Source: Candidatus Multivoradales bacterium (GTDB taxonomy: Bacteria > Acidobacteriota > Thermoanaerobaculia > Multivoradales > Multivoraceae). Taken from it: a stretch of 64,000 nucleotides of DNA. The stretch lies in the NCBI GenBank assembly GCA_965223325.1, contig CBDCWI010000002.1:3424001-3488000 (forward strand), in the 5' to 3' direction. Below are positions 36,171-45,431 of the stretch, piece after piece. Position 1 is the stretch's first letter; the number at the start of each line of letters is the position of its first letter. The translations under genes and the position numbers were made by a program. Below the pieces are notes generated by a model, which had not been told where the DNA came from, made no database searches, and was given only the letters and a program-made list of their open reading frames with translations.

Positions 36171-36866
36171 ATGCCTGGACCCAAGCACGGTCGCACCCGG
36201 CCGCGGCGCTCCCCAATCCAGGAGTACATCCACATCCTGTTGGTGTCGGTGATTCTCGCCACCTTCGCCCGCACCTTCCTGGTCCAGGCCTTTGCGATAC
36301 CCAGCGACTCGATGGAGCCGGAGCTGCTTGCCGGCGATCACATCCTGGTGAACAAAGTCATCTATGCACCGCGGCGCAACAAAGTGGAAATGGCATTCTT
36401 GCCGCAGAGGCAGGTACGGGCCGGTGACGTGGTTGTCTTTCGGCACCCCGAAGACGAGACCCGCGACCTGGTCAAGCGCTGCGTCGGCACGGCGGGCGAC
36501 ACGATCGAGTTGATTGACAAAACCCTGTGGCGCAACGGCGAGCCGGTGCGGGAGTCTTTCGTCCGCCACCGCGACCCCCACACCTACCCCGCATCGCGTT
36601 TCCTACAACCGGGTTTGCGCAATCGTGACAATTTCGGCCCAATCGAGGTGCCCGCGGGGCACCTGTTTTGCCTGGGCGACAACCGCGACTACTCACGCGA
36701 TTCTCGTTTCTGGGGTCTGGTAAGGGAAGACCGAGCGCGGGGGAGGGCACATCTGGTGGTCTGGTCGGAACGCCTTGGCGGGGCGGGCCCCGACTCCACC
36801 GAAGACGGCCCAACGGCTTCCCGGCAGCGAATGCGCTGGAATCGCACCTTGCGACTGATACAATAA
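36171..36866 (+). CDS. lepB: Signal peptidase I (copy 2)
   Basis: IPSDSME..L.AGD, GDVVVF, LVKRCVG, GDNRDYSRDSRFWG. Confidence 0.92.
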   Translation: MPGPKHGRTRPRRSPIQEYIHILLVSVILATFARTFLVQAFAIPSDSMEPELLAGDHILVNKVIYAPRRNKVEMAFLPQRQVRAGDVVVFRHPEDETRDLVKRCVGTAGDTIELIDKTLWRNGEPVRESFVRHRDPHTYPASRFLQPGLRNRDNFGPIEVPAGHLFCLGDNRDYSRDSRFWGLVREDRARGRAHLVVWSERLGGAGPDSTEDGPTASRQRMRWNRTLRLIQ

Positions 36867-36979
36867 TTCTTGGATTCCTCGCCTGCGGGCGAGGGCCCCC
36901 TGCCTTCTACTCCGGGCGTCGACTGCGCCGCCCGTTCATCTCGTTCAAGACCGAACTGCTCCCCAAGGAGACCCCAGCG

Positions 36980-37357
36980 ATGACCAGGCCCCATGACCGT
37001 TTTCTAGAGCGCGGCGAAATCAAGCTCAGCGCAGTGATCTCGATCATCCTCTTGATCCTCGGCGGGCTGGCGCTCAAGGAATACCTCCCGGCTCGCATCG
37101 CCCGTGCCGAGATCAAGGACTTCATGGTCGAGCAGACGAAGTTCGCGGCCAAGGCGCCGATCGAGCGTCTACAGAAGCGGATCCTGGAAAAGGCCGCCGA
37201 GCTCGATCTCCCGGTCGAGAAGAAGGACATCAAGATCGAGAAGAAGAACGGGCGCATCAAGATGCAGATCAACTACACGGTCGAGCTGCGCTTCCCGGGC
37301 TACACCTATCCCTATGTCGTCGACGAGCGCGTCAACCGCGAGGTCTTCGACTGGTAG
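36980..37357 (+). CDS. DUF4845-like small membrane-anchored protein
   Basis: RBS AAGGAG; RG-hydrophobic N-terminus; located after lepB. Confidence 0.6.
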   Translation: MTRPHDRFLERGEIKLSAVISIILLILGGLALKEYLPARIARAEIKDFMVEQTKFAAKAPIERLQKRILEKAAELDLPVEKKDIKIEKKNGRIKMQINYTVELRFPGYTYPYVVDERVNREVFDW

Positions 37358-37402
37358 CTGCTCCGGCGAGAGGCGCACCTTGCGCCATAATCGGCGGCCG
37401 CG

Positions 37403-39196
37403 ATGAAAAAGAGTGCCGCCCCAACATCTGAGGATCGGGACGCGACCGGCGCGAGCGCCAGGCCGCCGACTTCGCAGTGGCTGGTAAGCACTCTCCTCTG
37501 CACGCTCCCCGGCGTCGTGGGAGGGATTCAGCTCAGCGGCCTGTTGTTGTTCCTCAACCCGCACCTGCCGACGGAGTTGATGCCCTGGCTGCGTGCCAGT
37601 GCACTCTATGCACTGCTGCTCGGAGCGGCGAGCGCACTCACCCTCATGCCCTGGGTTCGGGGCCGCAGGCGGCGCGCGGCGCGCGTTCTTCCCTGGGCCC
37701 TGTCGGCGGTGTTCGCGATCGCCGCCGTCGTGGATTGGACTCAGGCATCGCTTCTCGCCTTCTACCTGCCACCCGGGATCAATCGCCGACTGATCAAGGC
37801 CGCGGTGCTCTTGTCGGTTGCCGCAGTCATCGCCTTCTACACCGCGCTCCTTCACACCCTTCACCGGCGCACCTACGGCACCCGCAGCCGTGTCGGACTG
37901 ACGCTCTTGGCGTTGTCAACGATCTACGTGATCGTCGAGCGACGGGAGGCCTTTCGGCCGCCGCCGGCCTCTACCCCAAGACCGTCGGCAATGGAGCCCG
38001 ACCAGCGGCCGACGCTGCTGGTCGTCGGCCTCGAGGGGGCGTCGCTCGACGCCATCCTGCCGCTCGCTGAGCAAGGTCACCTGCCCTTCTTCTCCGAGTC
38101 GATGGCGCGCGGCGTCTGGGGCCGGGTACGGTCGATTCGTCCGGTTCGCCGCGAGCCGCTGTGGACGACTCTCGCCACGGGCAAGCACCCCTACCAACAC
38201 GGGGTGGTTGGCAACCGGGCGTGGAACGCCAGCTACATCGCCCCGGGCGCTGAGCTTCGGCTGGCTCCCATCGGCCTCGGCTCTGGCTTCTGGGGAGCCC
38301 AGCGAGCGCGGCCACGTTCGATGCAGGAAGCCCGGCGCGCTCAACCGCTGTGGGGAATGATGGACCGGCTCAATGTCGAGACGGTGGTTGTTGACTGGCC
38401 GGGACTCGACGACCTGGACCGCTCGGGGCTGGCCGGCTTCCATTCGGTCGTCGGCGCACGACGTGTCGAGGCGGAGGCCTTCCCAATGTTCACCACGGCA
38501 CCCTCAGACGCTATGCGCACGGCGGTGCATGCCGACGCGACACGCCTGGCCAGGGTGCGCGAGTTGTTATCTTCCGCTCGGGCTGACACCGGGCTCGCGC
38601 CAGCGGGAGCTGTGGTGACGGTTCTGCCGGGGCTCCGCCTGGCCTCCGAAGAGTGGTTCGGCGGCTACGCGGCGGCACAGCTCGACGGCAGTCGTTCAGA
38701 GGAGCATCTGGCGGCAGCCCAGGACCTGTCCGCCTACTACAGCTTTCTCGATTCCCACCTGGCGACACTCTGGAACGAACTGCCCGAGCCACGCCTACTG
38801 GCCGTCGTCTCGGCCTACGGAACCACGGCCCCAGGCGGGCTCGGCAGAGCCTGGCGGCGCCTGCTGCGGGTCAGCGATCTCAAGGGTTCGACCAGCGGCA
38901 CTCCTGACGGGGTTCTCCTGCTTCGGGGAAATGGCATCGCCGCCGACGTGCGACTTTCGGAAGTCACCTTGCCCGATATCACTCCCGCCCTGCTCTACGC
39001 GATGGGGATGCCTCTGGCCAGAGACTTCGACGGCACCCTGCCAACCGAAGCCTTCACTGGGGACTTCCTGGCCCGGACTCCGCTCACCCTGGTGCCGTCG
39101 TACGAGACCCTGACCCCAGGGTTTCCGCCCGATTTGCGCCCACCGCCCGCAACGGAGTCGGCAAGCGAAGCGGCTGGCGCGTCGACCGGCCGCTGA
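37403..39196 (+). CDS. Membrane-bound alkaline phosphatase/nucleotide pyrophosphatase superfamily protein
   Basis: Several N-terminal TMs; VVGLEGAS, G.LPFF, WTTLATGK.P.QHGV, VVSAYG, DITPALLY.MG. Confidence 0.75.
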   Translation: MKKSAAPTSEDRDATGASARPPTSQWLVSTLLCTLPGVVGGIQLSGLLLFLNPHLPTELMPWLRASALYALLLGAASALTLMPWVRGRRRRAARVLPWALSAVFAIAAVVDWTQASLLAFYLPPGINRRLIKAAVLLSVAAVIAFYTALLHTLHRRTYGTRSRVGLTLLALSTIYVIVERREAFRPPPASTPRPSAMEPDQRPTLLVVGLEGASLDAILPLAEQGHLPFFSESMARGVWGRVRSIRPVRREPLWTTLATGKHPYQHGVVGNRAWNASYIAPGAELRLAPIGLGSGFWGAQRARPRSMQEARRAQPLWGMMDRLNVETVVVDWPGLDDLDRSGLAGFHSVVGARRVEAEAFPMFTTAPSDAMRTAVHADATRLARVRELLSSARADTGLAPAGAVVTVLPGLRLASEEWFGGYAAAQLDGSRSEEHLAAAQDLSAYYSFLDSHLATLWNELPEPRLLAVVSAYGTTAPGGLGRAWRRLLRVSDLKGSTSGTPDGVLLLRGNGIAADVRLSEVTLPDITPALLYAMGMPLARDFDGTLPTEAFTGDFLARTPLTLVPSYETLTPGFPPDLRPPPATESASEAAGASTGR

Positions 39197-39210
39197 GGCG
39201 GTGCTGAATC

Positions 39211-39612
39211 TCAGCTGCCGTTGGCGCCGCCCGATGCGGTTTTCGGGACCGCGGTGGGGCTCTTCTTGCCGGCATTGGCCATCGCACACTGCCCCTCGAA
39301 GAAGGCTCCGTCGTGGATGACGAGCGACGGAGTCGAAAGCTCTGCGTAGACCTTTCCACCGGGGCTGATTTCGACCCGCCCTGAGGCGACGACGGACCCT
39401 CTGACCGTCCCCGAAACGAAGAGGCGTCCGACGTCGGTTTCGCCATCGACTAGACCGCCTTCGCCGACCACCAGATCGCCGCTCGAGGTGGCCTTGCCAG
39501 TGATTTTGCCGTCGACGCGAAACGTGTCGTCGAAGTGGAGCTCTCCCTTGATGTGGCTTCCGGCGTCGAGAAAGCCGTTGAGCTCCCCGCCAGGTGCATC
39601 GCGCCGGGCCAT
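39211..39612 (-). CDS. Bactofilin (polymer-forming cytoskeletal protein)
   Basis: FLDAGSHIKGEL.F....RVDGKI.G, G.V.G, PSLVIHDGAFFEGQCAM; start overlaps parB stop (TGATG). Confidence 0.9.
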   Translation of the reverse strand: MARRDAPGGELNGFLDAGSHIKGELHFDDTFRVDGKITGKATSSGDLVVGEGGLVDGETDVGRLFVSGTVRGSVVASGRVEISPGGKVYAELSTPSLVIHDGAFFEGQCAMANAGKKSPTAVPKTASGGANGS

Positions 39613-40511
39613 CAGGAACCCCCGTCCAGAAGTTGTTCGTAGATACGCATGAGCTCCTCCTCGGAGTGAAAGTGGATTCGAACGGTGCCGCGCTTGCCGC
39701 GTCGCCGGATGTCGACGCGGGTCTGGAGGGCGCGCGTCAGTTTCTCAGCCGCGGCTGCGGTATTGGCGTCGAGAGCTGCAGCGGCCCTTCCGGAAGCTGG
39801 CTTTCCCGAGCCCTCGGCACCCGCCAACCTCTCCATCGCACGGGCACTGAGGTCCTCGCGCACCGCCCGCTGCGCGGCCTCGAGCTGGTTCTTCGGCCCC
39901 TTGATCGCCAACAGCGGCCGCGCCTGGCCGGCCGAAAGCGACCCGTCGCGTAACAGCTCCTGGACTTTCGCCGGGAGTTTCAGGAGGCGCAGCGAGTTGG
40001 TTACCGACGACCTACTGCGGCCGACGCGATCGGCGATCGCCGCCTGGGAGAGGCCGAACTTCTCACGCAAAGCATCGAACGCGAGGGCCTCCTCGATGGG
40101 ATTGAGGTCAGTCCGTTGCAGGTTCTCGACCAGCGCGACCTCCAGCAGCTCGCGGTCGCCTTCTACTTCGCGCACCACGACCGGAACCCGCTCGAGCCCG
40201 GCCAGCTGCGCCGCGCGGTAGCGGCGCTCGCCGGCCACGACGAGATAGCGGTTGCCCTGGCGTGTGACGATCAGCGGCTGGATGATTCCCTGCACCTTGA
40301 TCGACTCGGCCAGGCTCTCGAGCTCCGCCACTTCGAACTCGGTGCGCGGTTGCTGCTGGTTGGGCACCAGAAGGCTGAGCGGAAGTTCATTGGCAGGCGC
40401 CGCCGCGTTGCCTCCAGCCGCAGCGGCGCTGACCGTCGCTTCGACCTCTGCGGGGGTCGACGACAGCAGGGCATCGAGGCCGCGCCCAAGTCCTCGTTTG
40501 CGAGCAGCCAT
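39612..40511 (-). CDS. parB: Chromosome partitioning protein ParB
   Basis: GLGRGLDALL, PN..QPR, GIIQP, AGERRYRA, ENLQRTDLNPIEEA, RSRSSVTNSLRLL. Confidence 0.97.
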   Translation of the reverse strand: MAARKRGLGRGLDALLSSTPAEVEATVSAAAAGGNAAAPANELPLSLLVPNQQQPRTEFEVAELESLAESIKVQGIIQPLIVTRQGNRYLVVAGERRYRAAQLAGLERVPVVVREVEGDRELLEVALVENLQRTDLNPIEEALAFDALREKFGLSQAAIADRVGRSRSSVTNSLRLLKLPAKVQELLRDGSLSAGQARPLLAIKGPKNQLEAAQRAVREDLSARAMERLAGAEGSGKPASGRAAAALDANTAAAAEKLTRALQTRVDIRRRGKRGTVRIHFHSEEELMRIYEQLLDGGS

Positions 40512-41264
40512 CTAAGCGGCCCTGCCGAGAAACTCGCGCGCCAGGTCGAGGTAGGCCTGGGCACCACGACTGCGCGCGTCGTAGTCGATGATCGGCAGCC
40601 CGTGGCTCGGTGCCTCGGCCAGCCGGACGTTGCGCGGCACGATGGTCTCGAACACCCGCGCCCCGAAGTGTGCCTGCGCTTCTTGCATGACGTCGCGAGA
40701 GAGGTTGGTGCGCTCGTCGAACATCGTCAGCAGGATTCCAGCGACGTCGAGAGACGGGTTGAGGCTTTTCTGGACGCGCCCAATGGTTGCAACGAGCTCG
40801 GAGATACCCTCGAGGGCGTAGTACTCACATTGCAACGGCACGAGGATCCGATCGGCCGCGGTGAGCGCGCTGATGGTCAGGTGGCCGAGGGAAGGCGGGC
40901 AGTCGAGAAGGATGAGCGAATAGTCGGCGGCGACTTCGTCGAGCGCGCCCCGTAGCCGACGTTCCCATCCGGAAACACCTACGAACTCCACTTCCACCCC
41001 CACCAGGTCGCGATCTGAAGGCACCAGGTCCAAAGAGCGCATCCCGGTCGGCCGCAGAGCGTCCTCCATCGGCGCGTCGCCCGACAGCACGTCGTAGAGG
41101 TTGGGGGGCTCGGCCTGCTGCCCGAGCCCGCGCGTCGCATTGCCCTGCGGATCGCAATCGACCAGCAAGACGCGCTGGTCCAGCGTACTCAGGGCCGCCC
41201 CGAGGTTGATCGCGGTCGTGGTCTTCCCCACTCCGCCTTTCTGGTTTGCGATCGCAAGAATCAT
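40512..41264 (-). CDS. parA: Chromosome partitioning ATPase ParA
   Basis: ANQKGGVGKTTT, DPQGNAT, DCPPSLG, PLQCEYYALEG, PRNVRLAEAPSHG. Confidence 0.97.
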   Translation of the reverse strand: MILAIANQKGGVGKTTTAINLGAALSTLDQRVLLVDCDPQGNATRGLGQQAEPPNLYDVLSGDAPMEDALRPTGMRSLDLVPSDRDLVGVEVEFVGVSGWERRLRGALDEVAADYSLILLDCPPSLGHLTISALTAADRILVPLQCEYYALEGISELVATIGRVQKSLNPSLDVAGILLTMFDERTNLSRDVMQEAQAHFGARVFETIVPRNVRLAEAPSHGLPIIDYDARSRGAQAYLDLAREFLGRAA

Positions 41265-41884
41265 CGCCGCTCCTTGGTTCCTCCGCCTCGGTCACCGATC
41301 ACCAGACACCGTCGCTCGCCACCTCGCAGCGGCTCGGTGGCGACGTGCCGCGCGCCCGGCGGGAGTCGCTCGTCGGTCTTCCAGAGCAGGAGCCGCCCGC
41401 CTGGCCCCAGGCGATCGATCAACGCCTGCCAGACCTCATCTTCTAAACGCACCGCCCGGGAGGTCAGGCAGTCTATCCGCTCGGGAAGCCCCTCCGGAAG
41501 GGGGCGCGCGACATGAGCGGTGAGTATTCGGCTTTCGAGCCCCATCTTGCGCGCCGCGGAGCGCAGGAAGGCGGATTTGCGCTCGCGGCTTTCCACCAGA
41601 ACGACGTCGAGATCAGGACGAGCCGCGGCCAGAACGAGCCCGGGGAACCCGCCTCCTGACCCTATGTCCACCAGAGCACCGCGGTCAGGCAGCCACGGTA
41701 CCGCCGCCAGAGACTCTCCAAAGTGGCGCTCGAAGGGGTCGTCACCGGCCGAAACAGAAACCAGGGACACCCGGGTGGACCACCGGCGGACCTCCTCCCA
41801 CAGGAGCTCGAGACGCTCGGCGACCTCTGGGGCTGCGGCCCGGGCGAACTTTCGGGGGTCGATCTCTGGCGGGATACTGGGCAC
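41261..41884 (-). CDS. rsmG: 16S rRNA m7G527 methyltransferase (start probably GTG 41884)
   Basis: RHF.ESL, DIGSGGGFPG, LVESRERKSAFL, TSRAV. Confidence 0.9.
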   Translation of the reverse strand: MPSIPPEIDPRKFARAAAPEVAERLELLWEEVRRWSTRVSLVSVSAGDDPFERHFGESLAAVPWLPDRGALVDIGSGGGFPGLVLAAARPDLDVVLVESRERKSAFLRSAARKMGLESRILTAHVARPLPEGLPERIDCLTSRAVRLEDEVWQALIDRLGPGGRLLLWKTDERLPPGARHVATEPLRGGERRCLVIGDRGGGTKERR

Positions 41885-41948
41885 GGCCGTCCACCCTACC
41901 GTTTTGCGGCCTCCGGCCCGTAGAGGGCCCGCCGGAGGCCTGGCGGAA

Positions 41949-41964
41949 TGTTTCACGTGAAACA
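41949..41964. promoter_or_regulatory. parS site 1
   Basis: Perfect TGTTTCACGTGAAACA. Confidence 0.95.
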
Positions 41965-41999
41965 TCCGGGCGGGCGACCTGGGGGCTTCGGCTGAGGAA

Positions 42000-42015
42000 T
42001 GTTTCACGTGAAACA
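42000..42015. promoter_or_regulatory. parS site 2
   Basis: Perfect TGTTTCACGTGAAACA. Confidence 0.95.
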
Positions 42016-42047
42016 TCCTCGGCGTGCGGTCTCAGGTCCCAGCGGAA

Positions 42048-42063
42048 TGTTTCACGTGAAACA
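42048..42063. promoter_or_regulatory. parS site 3
   Basis: Perfect TGTTTCACGTGAAACA. Confidence 0.95.
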
Positions 42064-42184
42064 TTCCCCCTCTCTAGGGCCCCGGCCAAGGGCGCTGCCC
42101 GGTGCCCGCTCATCTGTCAAAGTGGGGACTCCCCCGAGAGCAGCCAGCCTCCTGGCTTGATTGGTTTACAAAGGCGAGCGACCT

Positions 42185-44137
42185 ATGGCCACCACCCCGA
42201 AACCTAGCGACGAACCGACCCCTGCACGCGAGGCGGTGCCGAAGAAGTCGCGCTGGGGGTGTTTTCTGCGGGCTCTCGGCCTGGCCCTCCTGGTCCTTCT
42301 CTTGATCTACCCGGTCGTGGGCAACCTGCTGCTCAAGACCGAGAGGGGCCGCAACCTGATCCTGCCCCGCAACGACCGCGTCAAGATCGTCTGGTCGAGC
42401 GCCTACACGATCCTGCCCGGCATCGTTCACCTTGAGGGCTTCCACCTCGCCCACCAGGCACGGCGCCTGGACTGGCAGATCGACATCGACCAGGCGCGCA
42501 TCAACATCTGGCTGCCGTCGCTGTTGCGCAAGAAACTGGCTGTGCGCTCGATCGGCGGCTACGGCTTCTCCTGTCAATTCGACCGCGTTGGAGAGCCGCG
42601 GGTGTTTGAGAAGAAGACCCGCAAGCGGCCCTGGACGCTCGCCTTCTCCGGCATCGAGTTGCAGGGCTTCAGACACTGCCGGATGGGCGGGCACGAGCTC
42701 CAGCCCGCCGAGCAAGACGGCGAGGCGACCGTTCGCGGCAGCGTCGAGTTCGAGATCCGCGGCGACATGAAACTCGACAGCGACCTCGAAATCTCAACCC
42801 TCGCTCTGGTACGCGATGGGCGTCGGGTGGCCTTCGTCGACCAGTTCGACCTGGCACTACGTAGTGATGCTTTCGCTCCCCGCGAAGTCAAAGGTCGCCA
42901 GCTCCTGCGTCACGTGAGCGGCGAGCTGACGCTCGACACCGAGACCTCTAGCCTCGGCTTCCTCAACGCCTACCTATCGAAAGCCGACTGGCTCGACCTG
43001 ACCGCCGGCACTGGTCGACTGCAGGCTGACTTGAGCGTTGATCGCGGTGTGCTCGGTAGCGCCTCGCGCTTGCACTTCTTGAGCGAGGACCTGCGACTGC
43101 GCTACCTCGATTGGCAGGCACTGGGTAAGAGCGAGTTCATCGGACAAGTGGAAGCCGAAAGGCCGCGGTTCGCCGCCGCCTTCCAGGAGTTCGAAGTCGG
43201 CCCCAAGGATGCCGAGGTGGGCCACATCACCGGTCGCGAGCTCACGGTCTCCATGGATCTGTCCACCAACGATCTCGCCGAAACTCCAGATGTCGACCTG
43301 GTGCTGGACCTGCCGGAGTCAGACGTCGCCGATCTCTCGTCGTACGACGACTTCCTTCCACCCGGAGCGGGAATCGAAATCGTCGCCGGCAGTGGGCGCG
43401 CCTCGGCTCACCTCGAGCTCAGCACCCTGAACGATCACGGCGAGGGAACCATGACCCTGTCGTCCGACAACCTCGAGGCGCGCTCCGGTGGCCTCGAGCT
43501 GGCAGGCCAGATACGCCTCGCGGCAGTCCTCGACGAAGCCGATCTCGAACAGCGCACCTTTGCTCTCGACGGCACGCGCCTCGAACTCAACGGGCTCAGC
43601 TTGCGCCAGGAAGGCGAGCTGGTCCAGGAGGACTGGGCCGGCGCGATCGAACTCGCCGATGGGCGCCTCCGACTCGAGCGCCCGCTGACCGGCCAATCCC
43701 ACCTGCAATTCGAGATGACGGATGCGCGGCCAATCCTGGCCTTCTTCGCCGAGCGCAAGCCCAAGCTCGACACGGTGGCGCGGTTGCTCAAGGTGCGCGA
43801 CATCAAGGGCAGCACCGATCTCGGTCTCTCCAGCGAGACCACGATCATCGACGCGCTCGAGCTCGAGGCCAACCGCCTGAGGCTCGAAGGTCGCCTCTGT
43901 CTCGGCAAGGGGTCACGCAACGGCGCCCTGCACGCGCGCACCTTCGGCGTCGGGGCTGCGGCCTGGTTCGAAGATAGCGACCGTCGGTGGACGCTCCTGC
44001 GGCCGCGACGCTGGTACGAGGAGAAGCTGGCCGAAGTCGACTGCCAGCTCGACCAGGGGCAAGACGAACCGGGCTCCGTGGTCCCCGAGACCGCTACCGA
44101 GGCCGCGGCCCAAGCGCCGCCAGACGAAAGCCAGTAG
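42185..44137 (+). CDS. Hypothetical membrane-anchored beta-rich protein (AsmA/TamB-like architecture possible)
   Basis: 650-aa ORF with one N-terminal TM and an alternating beta-strand pattern. Confidence 0.6.
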   Translation: MATTPKPSDEPTPAREAVPKKSRWGCFLRALGLALLVLLLIYPVVGNLLLKTERGRNLILPRNDRVKIVWSSAYTILPGIVHLEGFHLAHQARRLDWQIDIDQARINIWLPSLLRKKLAVRSIGGYGFSCQFDRVGEPRVFEKKTRKRPWTLAFSGIELQGFRHCRMGGHELQPAEQDGEATVRGSVEFEIRGDMKLDSDLEISTLALVRDGRRVAFVDQFDLALRSDAFAPREVKGRQLLRHVSGELTLDTETSSLGFLNAYLSKADWLDLTAGTGRLQADLSVDRGVLGSASRLHFLSEDLRLRYLDWQALGKSEFIGQVEAERPRFAAAFQEFEVGPKDAEVGHITGRELTVSMDLSTNDLAETPDVDLVLDLPESDVADLSSYDDFLPPGAGIEIVAGSGRASAHLELSTLNDHGEGTMTLSSDNLEARSGGLELAGQIRLAAVLDEADLEQRTFALDGTRLELNGLSLRQEGELVQEDWAGAIELADGRLRLERPLTGQSHLQFEMTDARPILAFFAERKPKLDTVARLLKVRDIKGSTDLGLSSETTIIDALELEANRLRLEGRLCLGKGSRNGALHARTFGVGAAAWFEDSDRRWTLLRPRRWYEEKLAEVDCQLDQGQDEPGSVVPETATEAAAQAPPDESQ

Positions 44138-44212
44138 CAGCGCCTCTGAGCCGCCCGGAGGCCGCTCACTCTTGGGGAGGCCGCGCCGGGCGTCCCCCGA
44201 ACAAAGACGCAA

Positions 44213-45256
44213 CTAGAGTTCGCGGATCATCACCCGCTTGAAGTAGCCATCACCGATGCTCTCGGTTTCGACGTCTTCATTGTTGGCGAGCTCGAGGTGA
44301 ATCACGCGGCGGTCGGCAGGGTGCATCGGGCGCAAGGTCTTGGGGCGCCCCTGGTCGGCGACCTGGCTGGCAACCCGGCGGGCGAGTTCGCGCAGCTCGT
44401 CTTCCCGGTCCTCTTGGTAGTTGTCGCAATCGACCCGGCAGTGAACGATGTGGCCGACATCCGAATGCAAAAGTCGCGGCAGTAGATGCTGCATCGCCCG
44501 CAACACCTGCCCGTCGTCTTCTACGGCAGCCGGCTCGTCCTCGCCGTGAAGCTCGATCTCGATGCCGTCGCGTCCAGACCAGATGTCTGCCGCTAACTCG
44601 AGCCTGGCAAGCTCGCACAAGCGCTTGACCCAGACCTTGGCCGCCGCGACCGCTTCCGGTGACGCGGCGTGATCCTCGTTGTCGCGGTCGCTGCCGGCCG
44701 CGGGAGCCTGGCGGCGACCTCTCCCCGAGCGCGAAGGCTTGCGCGCCGGCTCTGGTTCTCCCGGCTCTGGTTCTGTCGGCTCAGTATCTTCCAGCCCAGA
44801 ATCTTCCACACCTGGCTCGACCGCTGTTTCGGCCTCCTGTGGCTCTTCCGCAAGCTCTTCGGCAACTGGAGCCGCTTCTTCCTGATCCGCATGGTGCTCT
44901 AGCACCTCGCCCTCTGACGCGGGAGCGCTGTTGGGCCCGTCCGCCAGCTCCTCGGCCTCGACGAGCATCGTGCCCGGTTGCTCCTCGTCGGTTGCCGCCT
45001 CCGGCTCATCCGCCGCAACCACCGGCGCGGCCGGCGCGGCCGGCGGAACCGGTGGGGTCGGAGGCGCTGCCTCTGCCTGTTCGAGCCGCGGACTGTTGGG
45101 GTCGACCTTGAGCACCACACCGCGCCGGGCACGCACGAAGCCCTGCCGCTTGACCTCCTGGTAGGCCAGCTCTGCCGGCGGCACTCCGTGGTGACGTGCC
45201 GCTTTGGCGATTGCCTGCTCGAGGTTGGTTGCCGAGAAATAGGTGCGATTCGACAT
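44213..45256 (-). CDS. jag: Jag/EloR/KhpB RNA-binding protein
   Basis: N-terminal Jag_N (LEQAI..A), acidic linker, G.VLRAMQHL, R3H motif PMHPADRRVIH..TESIGDG. Confidence 0.88.
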   Translation of the reverse strand: MSNRTYFSATNLEQAIAKAARHHGVPPAELAYQEVKRQGFVRARRGVVLKVDPNSPRLEQAEAAPPTPPVPPAAPAAPVVAADEPEAATDEEQPGTMLVEAEELADGPNSAPASEGEVLEHHADQEEAAPVAEELAEEPQEAETAVEPGVEDSGLEDTEPTEPEPGEPEPARKPSRSGRGRRQAPAAGSDRDNEDHAASPEAVAAAKVWVKRLCELARLELAADIWSGRDGIEIELHGEDEPAAVEDDGQVLRAMQHLLPRLLHSDVGHIVHCRVDCDNYQEDREDELRELARRVASQVADQGRPKTLRPMHPADRRVIHLELANNEDVETESIGDGYFKRVMIREL

Positions 45257-45431
45257 GGTCTCTGTCTCCGCCGCCCCTCTCACTCGGGGCGCTCTTTTTT
45301 GGAAGTTGGGTTGATGCCGCAACCGAAGACTCGTGCATCGGAGGTGCGGTGCGGCGGTGGTCGTCGTCGATCGGGTCGGTAGAAGTTGTGCTTGGGTGTC
45401 GTCGAGGGCCCGGAGGCCGCCGTTCTTGTAT

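Noticed and set aside
41885-42113. MFHVKH / VSRET repeats as N-terminal peptide of RsmG
   Set aside because: These are translations of the parS palindromes, a known annotation artefact
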